A DNA stretch of 64,000 nt from Octopus sinensis (GCF_006345805.1 NC_043005.1:69564001-69628000), one strand, 5' to 3'. Shown: positions 1-13,939, numbered from the stretch's first letter. Program-made: numbers and translations. The notes: generated by a model from the letters alone, not told the origin.

Positions 1-1920
1 TAACTCCAAGAATTTCCTTTCCTAACTGAATTCGACACTGCTTTCTTTTATCCGTGAAACTTTGCAAGTGAAGGTGTTTAGCAACAATGAAAGCATTCAC
101 TGCACTTACATCACATCAGCCACGTTGTAGAATATAAACACAGGCCACCTTCAAGTCATTCTTGTGAACGTGAACGTCCTTACCATCTTATCTAAAGTGT
201 CTACTCGTCCTCTTTGCTTTGTAATGACTTCTGGTTTCATTTCAGCACTTCTTGAATAAAATGAAAGCTGAGAGTGCATTGTACGGATAAGTGTAATTGC
301 ACATATTTTCTTGAGACAACAAGATAGAATCATAGAAGCCTTTGAAATCTAAATATTGTACTGTTGAGTTCTCTTCTTTTCCATTTGCGACAGGACTTGG
401 AAGCTCCACACCGTTCTTTCTAATTGTTCCAAAGAAATTAGTGTTTTGGCTATGCATCTTTCGAACCGATCCTAGATTTTAAAATATTATCATAAGTTAT
501 ACTGCGACCAGTATTTTTAATTTCTTTCACCAAGGACTTTTCCGGTTTAGCTGTCAGTTGTGATAGACGGCTGACAAGATGTCACAAATTAGCTCTGTCT
601 ATATCCATAAATCTCATAGAGTAGACCATCCAAACCGCGCTAATTGTCCTTTGCGTAACCATTCCATACTTTTTTTTTTATTTCAGTTGTTGTTATTGGC
701 CTTTCTCAGCGAATATTATCTTCTTCCGAGAGATGCTATAGTTTCTGAAGAGAGGTAATTAAGTCCATAATTCTCAACGACCGATCGCTTTCATCAAGGA
801 TTGGACAAATTGCTGCTGGTAGGCGTGCAACTTTACTTGGAACCGTGCATTGTCTGCATAATCTAAGCATGCACAGACTGAATTGTGATTTTCCGTCACA
901 TCGCGGCTACTAACCACCCGAAAAAATCAAGCGGCTTGCATTTCCTCTTGTATTAGCTGCCGAGTTCTTGCCTTGTTAACGTAAGGAATCCTTGTTGTTG
1001 GCATTAAAGTAATGGTCGATGGCTATTCTTGTCAGCAGCACGACGATCGGAACACAACTTCTAATTGCTTCTTCTAGTTTACTAGCTAAATGTTCTTCTA
1101 ATGCATTTCTCTCTATCACTTTGCCGTTAGTAAATGCTATCGTTAATTTCACTTTGCAGTGCTTTCTATCACCTGTTATTCGCTATTGTACCTATCAATT
1201 GTCTCTTAACCAGCTCGCTAATGTGGTTTCGGTGGTCTTTTCAGGTCATAAATCACGCGTCTGTCTCCCAATAGCTAGTTCCCTGCCTAAGAGTTCTATC
1301 TAAGGTGACCGTGGATACCAAAAATTACCAACCTGCGAATCCGAATACATTGAATTGAGGACACCCTAATCTACCTTAGTCGTTTAACCTATCAAAATAC
1401 TACAACTACCATCTGGAAGACACATCGCGGTAGCTCCTAGTTCAGAACGCACATTCGGGAAATCCAGTCGATACCTGTTTGACAGTTGTAAAAGTCTGAG
1501 GATCGTTTCTAGGTTTCTGTATTGCCCTCATTGGGTAACCCTACACAATCCCATCATAATCCCAAATAATCTCCATTTCACTACCAGTACTAAAGACACG
1601 AATCTTCCTTGTAAGTTGACTGCCTCTAGTCTGAAGTCATTGCCTTTACTGTCACTCAAATTTAGTATCACCAATTTACCTGGTCGAATCGAGGATGATC
1701 ACATGAATATCTAAGCCCAAAACTTTCCGACCATAAGACGAGTACGTGTTATAATTGTCAAACATCGAGCTGAATGCCTTCGTCCCGGAAATTCGGGCTT
1801 CCATACCAATGGCTACCATATCAAGGTCAGAGTACCTGCGGTCGTTGAACAAGTGAACTTGCTTCGAAGCACACTACAGATCATCGACATTGATACATCT
1901 TATTCTATTATTGGAAAAAT
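1..1920 (-). mobile_element. Decayed Tx1/L1-type non-LTR retrotransposon ORF2 (APE endonuclease + N-terminal RT), runs off the window start
   Basis: Minus-strand translation in shifting frames gives an endonuclease-like start (CINVDDL*CASKQVHLFNDRRYSDLDMVAI, ~1820-1905), ELVKRQLIGTIANNR**KAL (~1170-1250), GLDGLLYEIY (~605-636; the PGxDGLxxExY motif), ILSAVYHN*Q, RSITYDNIFKI (an RPITLLN-like motif) and YLDFKGFYDSI (an LDxxKAFDxV-like motif). Many stops and frameshifts. Confidence 0.8.
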
Positions 1921-2152
1921 TAAAGGAAGAATTCATTCACCTACGTCACTTTGAGGCATTTAGAGTGGCGGATGGTCTGTGATCTATCGAGGTGGGTGTT
2001 CCTTGAAAGGTTCTTGGAATAAAATTGTATTTAAAGATTTTGCGAAAAAACCCACACTCTGTTTCCAGCTCATCTTTAAAAGCTATACTTATCGTATTTT
2101 ACTCAGTCCATGAGACAATGAAAATATTAGATATTATCTCTGTGAGGATTAC

Positions 2153-2241
2153 CGTCCAGTGTGCTTTGTATGACAAAAGAGCCTTGGGATATCCTACATA
2201 GTATTGAACTTCATGTGCAGGTTTCGTATCTTCTCTATGAC
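2153..2241 (-). CDS. Weak candidate internal exon, (G)HREDTKPAHEVQYYVGYPKALLSYKAHWT
   Basis: ctatcacacag| acceptor, ACG|gtaatc donor, 89 nt open in the phase 1-to-0 frame. Product not recognised; may instead belong to the adjacent LINE 5' region. Confidence 0.2.
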
Positions 2242-4083
2242 CTGTGTGATAGTTTCAAGTAGGATAAATCACAACCAACTAAACTTTATTAAACTGTTGT
2301 GCAAGACACATATTCGGAATTTAATGATCGATAAGAAATGATTAAATTGAAAATTGTGCAGTTATTTTCCAAGTTTTCTTTTATTTGTCCACATGTTCCT
2401 TTCCATTAGTAGATATCTGTTTATTTCTATTTTTTGCTAATATATAACAGGAAGGAAATCGATAATTTCGAAAGAACTGTCAAAACGGATACGTTCAAGA
2501 TTTTCTTAATTTTGTTGCTTCGATGTAGTTATTCTTTTTGTTGCTCTTCCATTTGTTTTATTATTTGAAAATCATTTGCTAAAATAATCAATATCTCCCT
2601 ATTTGCATTGTGTTCAGATTTATTTAAAATTATTGTTTATCAAGTTACTTTCAGTTCGGGTCATTCCCAATGGGAATGTTCCAGGTTTCTGCCTGCATAC
2701 ATTCAATTTCGATTTATATCAGATAGGTTCTTAGTTTTGTTCAGAAAGGAAATAATGGTTTAAAATAAAAGCAATATTTCATAGCGTAATGTTTTACTGG
2801 GCGGATAATTATTTTCCGATTTTATCGTGACTTCGTTATGCAGTTTTAGAGTTTATCTCTTGCTGTTCGTTATGTAGAAATGTTGGGAAGAAGATCGATT
2901 TAGTAGCAGATATATAATGAATGTCTGTATTTAGACAGGTGCAGAAGATGTTCTGAGCTCTATGACAAAAATTTGTGTCGATATCGGCGATTGCGTGACT
3001 AACCTCCTTCGCCAAAGTATTTGCGGCCTAATATATTTTATGAATACATTTTTCTACGGATACTCAAACAAAACATTCGTTGCACCACATGATACAAATC
3101 ATAAACTTTCCGTGACTTATATACGGCAGATTATGATACGTTAGTGCTCAAATATCCGATCTAGCAGAGAAGTGTGTTTTGGAAAGAAAAAAGAGAACAG
3201 GAGATAAATGAAAAGACAAAATAAAAAAAAAAAGTACAGTGAGTTATGAGGTTTTTTAAAGAAATTCACTAAGAACATTTTCCACGTTTCTAAATTTAGA
3301 CTAACGTCTGATTGTTGATTCTGTACTGAAATATGCTAAATTAACTCAAAATCCCAATACATCTGTATTTGCAACAAATATTTTTGAATCATAGTTAGAC
3401 CAAAATGGAAGTCTTCCAGTATAAAATTATATAACATAACATAATATAATATGATATAATCTAATAAAACGTGATATATGTAAAGGTATCCGAAATGTAC
3501 TATGATATGTATGATGAATTAATAAGACTCTTTGTGGTATAATGCTAAAGCTGTTGGTAAAACATGTTTGCAACTCATTAAATACAGAATGGCTTAATTC
3601 TATTTTTTCTATGCTGCAGTTTTACGTAATGCTATAGCAGAATATCGTTATTTTCATTTACTTTATGATTTAACTAATTTCACCAAATATAAACAAATTA
3701 ACCAAATAGAAACACCTATATAAGCAGCTTTTTAACAGCAAATGCCACAAGATGATCTTAGCGTTATGAGGAATTCCAACCACGTTAGAATTAAAAGTGA
3801 AATAATAAAAGTGAAATAATAAAAGTGAAACTATACAACCTTATCACATTAGAATTAGATGTGAAAGAATATTATATCACATTACAATATATATGTTATT
3901 CTTTCACTTTTGATATGTAATACCGAATAATTGCCAATATTATATTATTTTAATCTAAATGACAAAAATTACTTGTTGTCACTCAGGGTGTCTGATACCA
4001 TGACCTTGTAAAATGTGATTTGATTTGGTCGGGCCGTTTGAGAATGCATAAAGATCAGACAGAATGAGACAAAGTATTATATA

Positions 4084-4118
<35 letters not shown>

Positions 4119-4497
4119 GCAGAGAGAGAGAAAGAGGGGGCGTCAGAGAGAGGGAGAGAAAGAAAGAGAGTACCATTAGCTACGATGTATTATACTTGTA
4201 AGCTGCTAGCAATCCATTTATATACTGTAAGTATATTAAAATATTTCTGATGGAGATTCCGTCTTTCGTAACGCAAAATAATAGCTTCTTTGGAATGTGA
4301 GAATATTTTTTTATAAATAAATAATGAAGTGCCTGAGTTAGAATTTTTGAAACGAAGGGAATCTCAAGGATGACGTAGCCCAATGATACAGAGTTCTCAG
4401 CTGGGATCTGAGAGGTATAGATTTGAGACCGCTAGAGGTGTTTGCTGGCCAACTGTTTTTGTTGTTGTTTGTTTTTACAGCTACAATTGTACTTTAC

Positions 4498-4534
4498 CTG
4501 ATGCTCTAAGGCCGAGAATACAGAATTCAGTTTT
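4498..4534 (-). CDS. Weak candidate 37-nt exon
   Basis: tttaatttccaacttgttag| acceptor and CAG|gtaaag donor. Two of three frames are open (KLNSVFSALEHQ or KTEFCILGLRAS). Confidence 0.2.
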
Positions 4535-4844
4535 CTAACAAGTTGGAAATTAAAACTACCTTTTGATATTAACACTGCTTCAGTTGCATATATTTTGTTT
4601 TAAATATGGTTCCTTATATGCCATATCAGTGTCCGGAAATCTGCTGCTATTCTATATTTCGTTGCAGTGATATTTGACTCGTTTCCTGTAGAGTTAAAGC
4701 ACGTGATATAGAAATTTCGGCTCTCAGGATACGCAATTTAATTCTGCTACAATCTATGTGTGTGGGCTTCTAGGAACCAATCGCCTATATAACAGAATCT
4801 CACAAAGCTAATAACGCGTGATTCGATAGGGACAAAGAGTGGGG

Positions 4845-5000
4845 ATAGGGAGAGGGGAGAGAGAGACAGACAGAGAAAGAGAGAGAATGAGGTAGAGGGA
4901 TGGAGGGTGAGACAGAGACAGAGAGATAGAGATAGAATGAGGGAGAGAGGTAGGTACAGAGAGAAAGACAGAGAGCGAGGTAGTTGGAAGAGGAGAGAGA
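4845..5000. repeat. Degenerate (GA)n purine-rich tract
   Basis: Visible gagaga/gacaga runs. Confidence 0.9.
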
Positions 5001-5384
5001 TACGACATTTTCCAGTATTTAACGTATGTGCGTTCACAAGTGCCGCTGATTATTAATATCTGTACAGTACAAACAGAGCGCCTTATGATGTTTCGTTTGA
5101 ATAAGAGTGCTTTGCGAAGCGGCTTATACGTGTACTACAATACTGCATATTGATCCGTGCATTTGTGTAACATAAGACCCATTGATTTCTTGAGAACATT
5201 TGAGTCTTTCCCACATAAACCGTGTATATTCTGCAATAGTCTGGTTTATCTTCGCGGATGAGTAAAGAAACAGTTATTTGGTTGTAAATTTGTCTCTATG
5301 CAAATAAGTGTATGAGTATCTTACATATAACTGTGAGTCATAAACATTCCTGATTGACTGTCAGAATTCATATTCTCTTATTAT

Positions 5385-5760
5385 TTTACTTGTTTCTGTC
5401 ATCTAAGTGTAGCCACGCTGGAACACGGCGTTGAAGTGGTTTAGCTGAACAAATCGACCCCAGGTCTTATTTTTTAAGCCTGGTACATATTCTGTCGGTC
5501 TGTTTTGCCGAACGACGAAGTTACGGGGACGTAAATACACCAGCACGGGTTTTTAAGTGGTGAAGGGGAGAAAACGTAGACACAAGGACACACACACAAA
5601 CATGGCGAGTTTCTACCAGTTTCCATCTACCAAATCCTCTGGCAAAGCTTTAAATGGAGTGACCGAGGTTAGATTAGAAGACAGTTGCTTCAGGATAGCC
5701 AAAGCCTAGTGAATGGATTTGGTAGAGAGAAACTGAACGATCCACTCAGTATAAGTGTGC
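5385..5760 (-). mobile_element. tRNA-derived SINE, family 1 (degenerate copy)
   Basis: Shares GAACAAATCGACCCCAGG...GTTACGGGGACGTAAA...CTACCAAATCC blocks with 7508-7928, 30035-30418 and 58095-58495. Confidence 0.7.
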
Positions 5761-6379
5761 GACTGCATGGTACACCCCATTAGTATATTTTTGAGAGAGA
5801 TGTGTTGTATTCTGTTGAAAAATTCTATTCATTGGCAATAATGGTTTCAATTGTACAAGAATTAGAATAATGAATTAAAATACATTTATAATTCAGAGAT
5901 TTAGAAGAAATGAATTCCGTTAAAGATACATCATTAAAAAGGAGAATGAAAACTCGTAATCCCACAAAACTATTCAGCCGTAAAAAAAGTAGGAATACGC
6001 TTCAGCGGCTTCAAGGAATTTCCATTTCATATATCTAGGAAAGTAATTATGTTACTTGCAAGTAATATGCTTTCACATAGGCAAGTATATGTCGATCTCG
6101 GGAGAACTGAAATGTATTGGTATGTTTTAAGTTAGAAAAATCTTCAATGCTTCCTGACACAGTTTTTACATTGTGAAGTCATACTTAATACATTTTGCGC
6201 CATCTTAGTTTCTTTAAGTTAAGAATCTTTACACACAGACGGAAATATAAGTATTCATACATACATGGGCGCGCGCACGTACACAAACGCACACAAACTC
6301 ACAAACACTCACACATACACTCACACACACACATGCACACGCACGCACACGCACAAACATTTGTATATAAGCGAGCAGG

Positions 6380-6475
6380 CCAACAGAAGAAAGAGTGAGA
6401 GAAAGTTGCGGCGCAAGAGTACATCGTGTCCGCTGACTTAACCACTTGGCCATTGTGCCTCCAGACATTTCCATA
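6380..6475 (-). mobile_element. SINE family 3, 5' fragment
   Basis: GAAAGAGTGAGAGAAAGTTG...AACCACTTGGCCATTGTGCCTCC matches 35990-36145. Preceded by a (CA)n-type tract at about 6255-6360. Confidence 0.55.
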
Positions 6476-7201
6476 TATACGAATGTTTAATTTATTCTGA
6501 AATATGTTTTGGGAAGCAACCACTATTATGAAATATAACAACACCTGCTTTCGAGAGAGAATAAAGTTGGTAGAATAGTCAGTGAAACTGAACTGCATCG
6601 ACTAGAAACACAATCTCACATAGACATTTGTTTTTCTATCTTTGAACATAATCTATTAAATGTACTATTTTGCAGTTATAATTGTTATAGATTTAAGTTT
6701 TATTTTCATCAGTAATATTTTCTGAAAAGTTATCCCTGAGTAAATAATTTATTTTGGCTACAGAATGTGTAATAATTTAAGCAGAAACTTTCTTTTAGTG
6801 TGGCATTGTGAAAAACTGAATTGATCAATGTAAGAGGGTTACTTCAAATATCCAATTATATTATTACTATTAACTAAATTCTATGATGCACAATGTGTGA
6901 AATATTTCAACAATCCATTCGATAGATCAGCGACTAGATGGCATGAATTGATTCACAGCCTTTATTGAATGCAGAAATGTTATTTAGAAGGATATAGCTT
7001 GATGGAAAGCATCCCGTTATTGACATTTAAATATGCATACAATCTAAACAGGTATAACTATCACTTTAATCCTGCCGGTAGTAGTAAATTTGATTGCATA
7101 TCAATATATTCCTTTCAACGTATCATAATACGATTGAGGAAATTGTTGTATGTAAAAGGATAGAATTTAAGGTGTAGTTTTCGTTCAACTTGTTAGCAAT
7201 T

Positions 7202-7245
7202 GACAGCACCATTTATGCGATAGTTATCGCATAAATGGTGCTGTC
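7202..7245. repeat. Perfect 21-bp inverted repeat with 2-nt spacer
   Basis: GACAGCACCATTTATGCGATA-gt-TATCGCATAAATGGTGCTGTC. Confidence 0.95.
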
Positions 7246-7507
7246 TTTCTATCCTTCGACATCTGACTCATTTCATTTCATCCGGTAACTGAGTCTGAGA
7301 TAAAGCTTAGAAAATGTGATTACATTCTCTAACGAAATGCACAGTTAGAATACACACTTACAGATTGTGTGATTTTATTTACCTGGCAAGTTATTTTGAT
7401 CAACATGAAATTGGGCTATTTATATATTTTTTCTTATATAAAGTTGAAAAATATTACTGATATTCATTTTACATTATAGCCAATTGCAGAGATTATACTT
7501 CAGATAT

Positions 7508-7713
7508 ACTCTTTTACTTGTGATTTGGGCCATGCTGGAGCACCGCCTTTAGTTGAGCAAATCGACCCCAGGACTTATTCTTTGTAAGCCTAGTACTTAT
7601 ACTATCGGTCTCTTTTGCCGAACCGCAAAGTTATGGGGACGTAAACACTCCAGCATCGGTTGTGAATCGATGTTCGGGTGACAAACACACACACAAACAC
7701 ACACACACATACT

Positions 7714-7756
<43 letters not shown>

Positions 7757-7928
7757 TCATATACATATATACGACGTGCTTCTTTCAGTTTCCGTTTACC
7801 AAATACACTCACAAGGTTTTGGTCAGCCCGAGGCTATAGTAGAAGACACTTGCCCAAGATGCCACGCATCGGGACTGAACCCGGAACCATGTGGTTTTGT
7901 AAGCGAGCTACGTACCACGTAGTCGCTC
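7508..7928 (-). mobile_element. tRNA-derived SINE, family 1 (well preserved)
   Basis: On the minus strand: a Pol III-like head (GTGGTACG...GGTTCAGTCCC), a CTTGGGCAAGTG CORE-like block, a GTGAGTGTATTTGGTAAACGGAAACTGAAAGAAGC block (resembles the Nin/Deu SINE domain, from memory), an internal (TA)/(TG) microsatellite and a 3' tail. Confidence 0.85.
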
Positions 7929-8911
7929 AGTTATTGTTTCAGAAGTTCGACATTAAATTATGTATGCAAAAAAGCATGAAATAATTAAACTGGCCTCAGA
8001 TGTAGTTTGATATGGAATGTAAAAGAGAGATAACTGTGTATATAGGGAGAATACAGTCATTTGTGTGTATGGCTAAGTGGTAACATAAATTTAGCACGTG
8101 TGTAGCACTTACTACACAGACCTCTACTAGATAAAATATATAACGATAATATGGACAAATTATAAATTTTGAATGATAAATCTCACGAGAAATGCCGTAC
8201 GATGATATAATGATTCTACAAATTGCTGAATGTACTTGATTAACATTGAGATGCATTAGGATTTGGGTTAGGATTCTGTGTCCAGGCAAGCTTTGGAATG
8301 GACACGATAGGTTTTATTTCATTCTGATATTCACTACGTTGACAACTTATTATCCGGAGACAAATGGAGCGTTTATCTACAGTTGATTTACAGTTCGCCG
8401 TGTCAAAACATGCATTCGAAAGAATTAGATGAATATAAAAACAGGGACTACTCAATAAATTATCCCTATTATGAATTTACTAAAACGTGTTTCATAACAC
8501 GAAAACTAAAATTCCCAGTGAATTAATTATAATTTATAAATGTTGCTTCGAAGACCGCTCGAATATATTTTACCGTATTATTAAGATAGAAAACAACAGC
8601 TTGTGGAGATAACAGCTACAGTGTTATCAGAAAAAATTCTATTAGAATTTGTGATGAAAATATATGTTATTAGAAATTGCTTTTTTTTTCAGTCGAATTC
8701 TTTTAAATACAATAAAAAAATATATCAATAAATTATATTGACAATAGATACTAGTCAATACCAGACTGTGTATTTACTTTATACTTCCTTCGATTTATTG
8801 TTATATGTCTGATGCATATATCTTTGAATGAATATTGCAAGAGTATTACGCAGATGGTGAAAACATGTAACTGAATATGGACACGTCGCTCGGCACTTTT
8901 CCAGAACTTAC

Positions 8912-9022
8912 ATTCCTATAAAAGCAATCGGTCCAAATGACTGAATAAACTGCAAACCATCTGTGCTGTGACCAATACTCTTTTCCTGTAATACTGTTCG
9001 CAGTTCTTCAGAAAGTAATGTT
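8912..9022 (-). CDS. Candidate coding exon, TLLSEELRTVLQEKSIGHSTDGLQFIQSFGPIAFIG, unidentified protein
   Basis: Strong acceptor cattgttttctttag| and donor AAT|gtaagt. 111 nt, symmetric phase 2-2, fully open, more GC-rich than its flanks. Confidence 0.55.
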
Positions 9023-10039
9023 CTAAAGAAAACAATGTAGGTTTAAATCTTCAAATATGTATGTAGATTTAATAATTCCTGTAGAAATAAAAGTGAATGG
9101 AGACGTAAGGATACGACCGGTTTATGAGAAATGAACATTTGTTCTGAATTTCTCTTTCAGATGTTTCATCTTAATGCTCAGTAAAATAAGGAGAATCCAT
9201 GTGTTACATCTGTTTGTGCACACCTAATTTAAATTCCAAATAAACTGCAGGTTTAAAGTGCAAGTTGCACTGTGATAGATGCAGCTTTCTTTTAAGTTTG
9301 TGCTTACTGGTGAAAATGCTTTTCTCTTAGGCATTTATCGATTCTACACTTCAAATGTATTTTACCCTATTTCGCAATTTTTCTTTTTTTGTTTTGATAT
9401 TATATATGAAATATATTACATATGAATTTACTCCGTATAATATATTTGAAATTTGGAAACAGAAGCACAAAAACTCGATAAAACTAAAGTGGTAAGCAAT
9501 TTTGTCAGTTGCTGGGATGGATCAATCGAGTGAAGTACCTCTCGTTAGCTCGTAGAACAAAATATGTAGTTAATACATGTGTTTATAGATGTAGATACGC
9601 AACAAACGGGGAGACAACATCGAATCAATAGGAACTTTATTCTATAAATCTACGTTATCGCTGTAGGTATTAATATTCAGTAGTATACATAGGGAAAAAA
9701 ATATGGTTTTAATATTAGTAGAAAATGCAATTTTGAAAAATTGCATTCCACGATCGAATGAAATTATAAATCAGTGTTAAGGGATGTACTATCTGGAAAT
9801 GGTGTAATAAAATTAATATATCAAACTTTATGACCAGAGTGTAAACATATCGCAATGTTGAAAATAGAAAACTGCTGAACGTGAAATGTAGTGGGTGTAG
9901 TCTTAATCCAATAAAGGAATCTCCTTCCTGACGGCTAAAACATATTATCACTAACAACATGCTGCATTAAAACCGATTGAAACAAAGGTTATTTAACGGG
10001 ATACTCCTTATAAAATGACCTTAGGATATGCGTCTGCAA

Positions 10040-10165
10040 CTAGGGCTGTACCACAACCAGACGTATAGTATTGCAATCACGAGCGATCGATGCCAGGTGC
10101 GTCGAAACGATCGTTATGAGCAATAAAAGTTCTCGTATATTCCATTTTCTGTCTCCATTATTCGT

Positions 10166-10196
<31 letters not shown>

Positions 10197-11622
10197 CATT
10201 GTGTGTGTGTGTATGTGTGTGCGTGTTTCCTTTATGCACGGCCAAACCGCTGGATCGATCGGTACCAAATTTGGCATGAAGAATTTTCATAACTCAGGGA
10301 AAGTTCTAGAGGCGGGGGCAAATTTTGGCCCTTGCCTATATAGAGGGGATGTGGACCCTCTATACGAACCTTACGATAGTAAAATAGTTTCACTTTTATT
10401 ATTTCACTTTTCACAAGACTATAATATTGTTTTACTTTTCATTTACTAGTTGTTTCACTTTTATTCTTATTGGCTGTCTGTGTGTATGTGTGTTTTATCT
10501 AGGCACGGGTAAACCAACTTTGGCTGTCTGGAAAGATTCTGAAACGCTATTTAATTGTAATAATGAAACAAGAGGTTTAAAGAAAAAGAAGCGGTAAGAT
10601 TTATAAATAACGAAAGTTCTTCATTTCGACAGACATTTATACACTGTAGGAACAATAAACTTTATAAATTTTGAAGTTCAATACGTCCGTGATATCGACA
10701 TAGGTTATTCAAATAATTATTCGTGGAATGGACCTAATAAAATTAGTTAGAGAGCACTCGACGTTTCATAATTAAATCTGATGTGACTATTTCTACTTAG
10801 ATATTGGTCTTACCTCAGACTCGAAATCGAATCTACATTTTCTCCCTAGCCATACGGCCTATTGTTCTGGACGGCCAAGCCTCTGGATCAATCTGTACCA
10901 AATTTGGCACGGAGATTGTTTCCTTACTCGAAAAAGCTTCTAGGGGTGGGCGGATGTTACTAAATGTTTAACTCTTTCAAAAACATAAATATGCTTTGCA
11001 TACTTGCCGTTTACGTCGGTTTTAATTTTTCGCTTTAATGGTAAACGATTCTGACAGAAGCAAACGCGGCATTGCGTAATTATCCGTCATACGTTTACGA
11101 CCCCACCTCTTTTTGTTTAAAGTAAAGATAAAAACTTGTTTGTTGTGATAATGAAAGAAGAGGTTTAGTCCTTACCGCCAAAATTCATCTCTCTAGGAAA
11201 TTATAAGGGTGACGATGTCTTCATTCCACGGATCCCATTAATCCTATGCGACATCCCTATGAATATAAAAGGCTCCAGTTCCCAGCGAAACAAAGTTTCG
11301 CATGGTACATAAAAAGTCTCAGGTATAATCTCTCAACATTATTGGACTTAACCTTGCTTCTCCTTGCTTCTCTAATGGGCGATTATATGTAGTATAAGTC
11401 CCAAAACTATTTTTCTTCGTACACGAAATAAAGGAAACACTGAAAATATTGTATATTTAGAAGTTCTGTGGAACTGGGATTCATTTCAGGATTTGATTTA
11501 ATAACTTTGTTTCTACTCACGTCATGTGATAGAATTTTTCAGAAAATATATTTTCTATCAGAATAAAGAAATTCATTTCCTTTAACATTCTTTCAGCTTC
11601 CGAGCAACATCGGGTACTTAGG
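10040..11622. mobile_element. Probable non-autonomous Helitron/Helentron-like repeat remnant
   Basis: Two related GGCCAA..C.CTGGATC.ATC.GTACCAAATTTGGCA blocks (10240, 10872), the first following a (TG)n tract. Terminal short hairpin CCGAGCAACATCGGGTACT near 11600-11620. The TTTCACTTTTATTA motif (10388) is also present inverted at 3792-3830. Confidence 0.4.
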
Positions 11623-11624
11623 CG

Positions 11625-11770
11625 TGTATGTGTGTGTGTGTGTGTGTTTGTGTATGTGTGTTTTTGTATGTGTGTGTGTGTGTGTTTGTGTATATGTGTG
11701 TGTGTGTATGTGTGTGTGTGTGTCTGTGTGTCTGTTTGTCTGTGTGTCTGTGTCTGTGTGTCTGTGACTG
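11625..11770. repeat. (TG)n/(TCTG)n microsatellite
   Basis: Direct reading. Confidence 0.95.
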
Positions 11771-12859
11771 CCTACATGTCTTTGTTTCTGTTTGCAATGT
11801 ATATAAACCAGTTTTGGAAAGAAACACTTTTATTAGTGTCATTAACAAACGTTCTGTGACAATGTTATACAGCACACACATTATCATCCGATGGGATACG
11901 ACAGTTGGTAACGTCCTTGTGTGTGTAATTATTGTTAATGTTGGTCTCCACGTCGTTGCTCTTGTTGCTACTTCTTCTGTTGTTTTTTTCAAAGCTGTAC
12001 ATAGTCCAAACTCATTGATCTGATGTTGTTGCTACTGTTGTTCGGATTTTCTTTCTTACTGGCGTTGATCTCTTCTTCGATGCTTCTGCGGCAATAGTTT
12101 ATATTGTAATCTGCTAACGTTCTTGGAGATGTGATATTGGCAGTAGTTGGAAAATCAACTCCATTCAATTAGGCAAGTGTATAAATCATGTTATCTTTTC
12201 CATGTCCTCTAGTTTGAACGCCCCTAATGTGAACTTACACCAAAATGATGCTTTCATTTGATGCAGGTAAGTGATTCATTGCCGACCGATGAGAACCAAA
12301 CCAACAGACATCAGATGTCCAAACTAGGTGAATCAGTTTTCATGTTGAAAAAACAGACACTTGTACCGCTATATGTTGGGCGTATGGTGAATTATATTTT
12401 GCAAATGGGAATTACATAGAGTTTCAGCGCACGGGCTTCGATTTTGAAGAAGATTTGTACAATACCGAACGTAATATTTATGTATTAAACTCGATGACTT
12501 AATTTATTTTTATTCTCATTTTGAAGACTCATATTTTATAGATAATAGTTTATCTTAGTTTGTATTCTTTGCTTTGTTTCCTTTTGTAAATAGAAGGACG
12601 ATCATTTAGATTTCAAATTTTTGTTAATGTCATTTCTGGAGGACAAGTACTATTATTGTTTCCGGTAGAGAATGGTATTTTCCGCTGACATTCAAACTAA
12701 TTTTCCCCGGTAATTCCTTTTTTCCTTTTAATATAACTGTTTTTCCGGTTATTAAGTTTTCCGTTTCGTTTGCTATCCTTGGACTAATGGAAAAATATTT
12801 CCTTTCTTGCCAATAAAGCTATGCTACACATTGCAAACTTAAACCTTCCGACTACATGA

Positions 12860-13127
12860 CTGTATATATATATATATATATATATATATTACTATATATA
12901 TATAGATAGATAAATAGACAGATAGATAGGTAGATAGATAGATATAGGCAGGAGTACCTATGTGGTAAGAAGCATGGTTCTCAATTACGTGGTTGCCAGT
13001 TTAATCACACTACGTGGTGTCATGGGCAAGTTTGTTTATTTGGGTCGACAAAAAACATTTGAGGGGACTTGGTTAACAGAAAGGGAAAGGAGCCGGTGGT
13101 GTATATATCTATCTATATATCTATGTA

Positions 13128-13196
<69 letters not shown>

Positions 13197-13450
13197 TGTG
13201 TGTGTGTGTATGTGTATGTGTGTGTATGCATATATGTATATATATGTGTGTATGTATATGTATGCATGCCTTTTAATATATGTATATATATATATATATA
13301 TTACGTTATATTTCTATATGTATGTGTGAGAGAAATTTTGTCTCATAATGTTGTAGGAAGAATTCGGCCACATGGTAATAAGAGTGCTGTTCCTTTGTGT
13401 CGTTGCGTGCCTCTCCACATGTGCGTAGAGAAATGGTCAGTAGAAAGTCT

Positions 13451-13496
<46 letters not shown>

Positions 13497-13520
13497 GTAG
13501 AGAGAGAGAGAGAGAGAGAG
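12860..13520. repeat. Compound (TA)n/(GATA)n/(TG)n/(GA)n microsatellites around a decayed SINE family 1 head (about 12948-13100, +)
   Basis: TGTGGTAAGAAGCATGG...CATGGGCAAGT head remnant, flanked by simple repeats. Confidence 0.75.
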
Positions 13521-13939
13521 AAGAAAAAGCATATTTACTAGTAGGAAGTTTGCTATTAAAATAAAGTTTTCCTTACTTAGCGTTTTTACTTCAATATATC
13601 GCTCTACGGAAATTCTTTACTCTTTTGTAGCATGAAATATGGGAGATGTTTCACATTTAAAAACTACTGGTTTCAAATTTTTAGCCACATAATTCAAATT
13701 AGAGGCACATAGAAGTATTCACTGACATACGACAGTACATATTATATAAATATAGCTTTAAAATTCTAACACCTTAATTTTTGTTCATTAATGCGTTTGA
13801 ATATCTAACATGGTTAATCTTATTTATATTTGGCATGATTTATATTAAATGATAAGTGCTATAGAAAGATGTTCAATAAATTAGATTGTGATGAGTACGA
13901 CTATTGATAAAACATCTACAATATTAATAGTTACTACTT

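Noticed and set aside
12000-12170. Protein-like minus-strand frame LNGVDFPTTANITSPRTLADYNINYCRRSIEEEINASKK
   Set aside because: It has no credible acceptor or start and lies within a decayed triplet-rich tract.
11618-13475. ORFs of repeating CV/YI/HT residues (also at 15554-15861, 17097-17471, 34957-35594, 38449-38794, 41254-41597, 52622-53035 and 53304-53626)
   Set aside because: They are translations of microsatellites, not evidence of genes.
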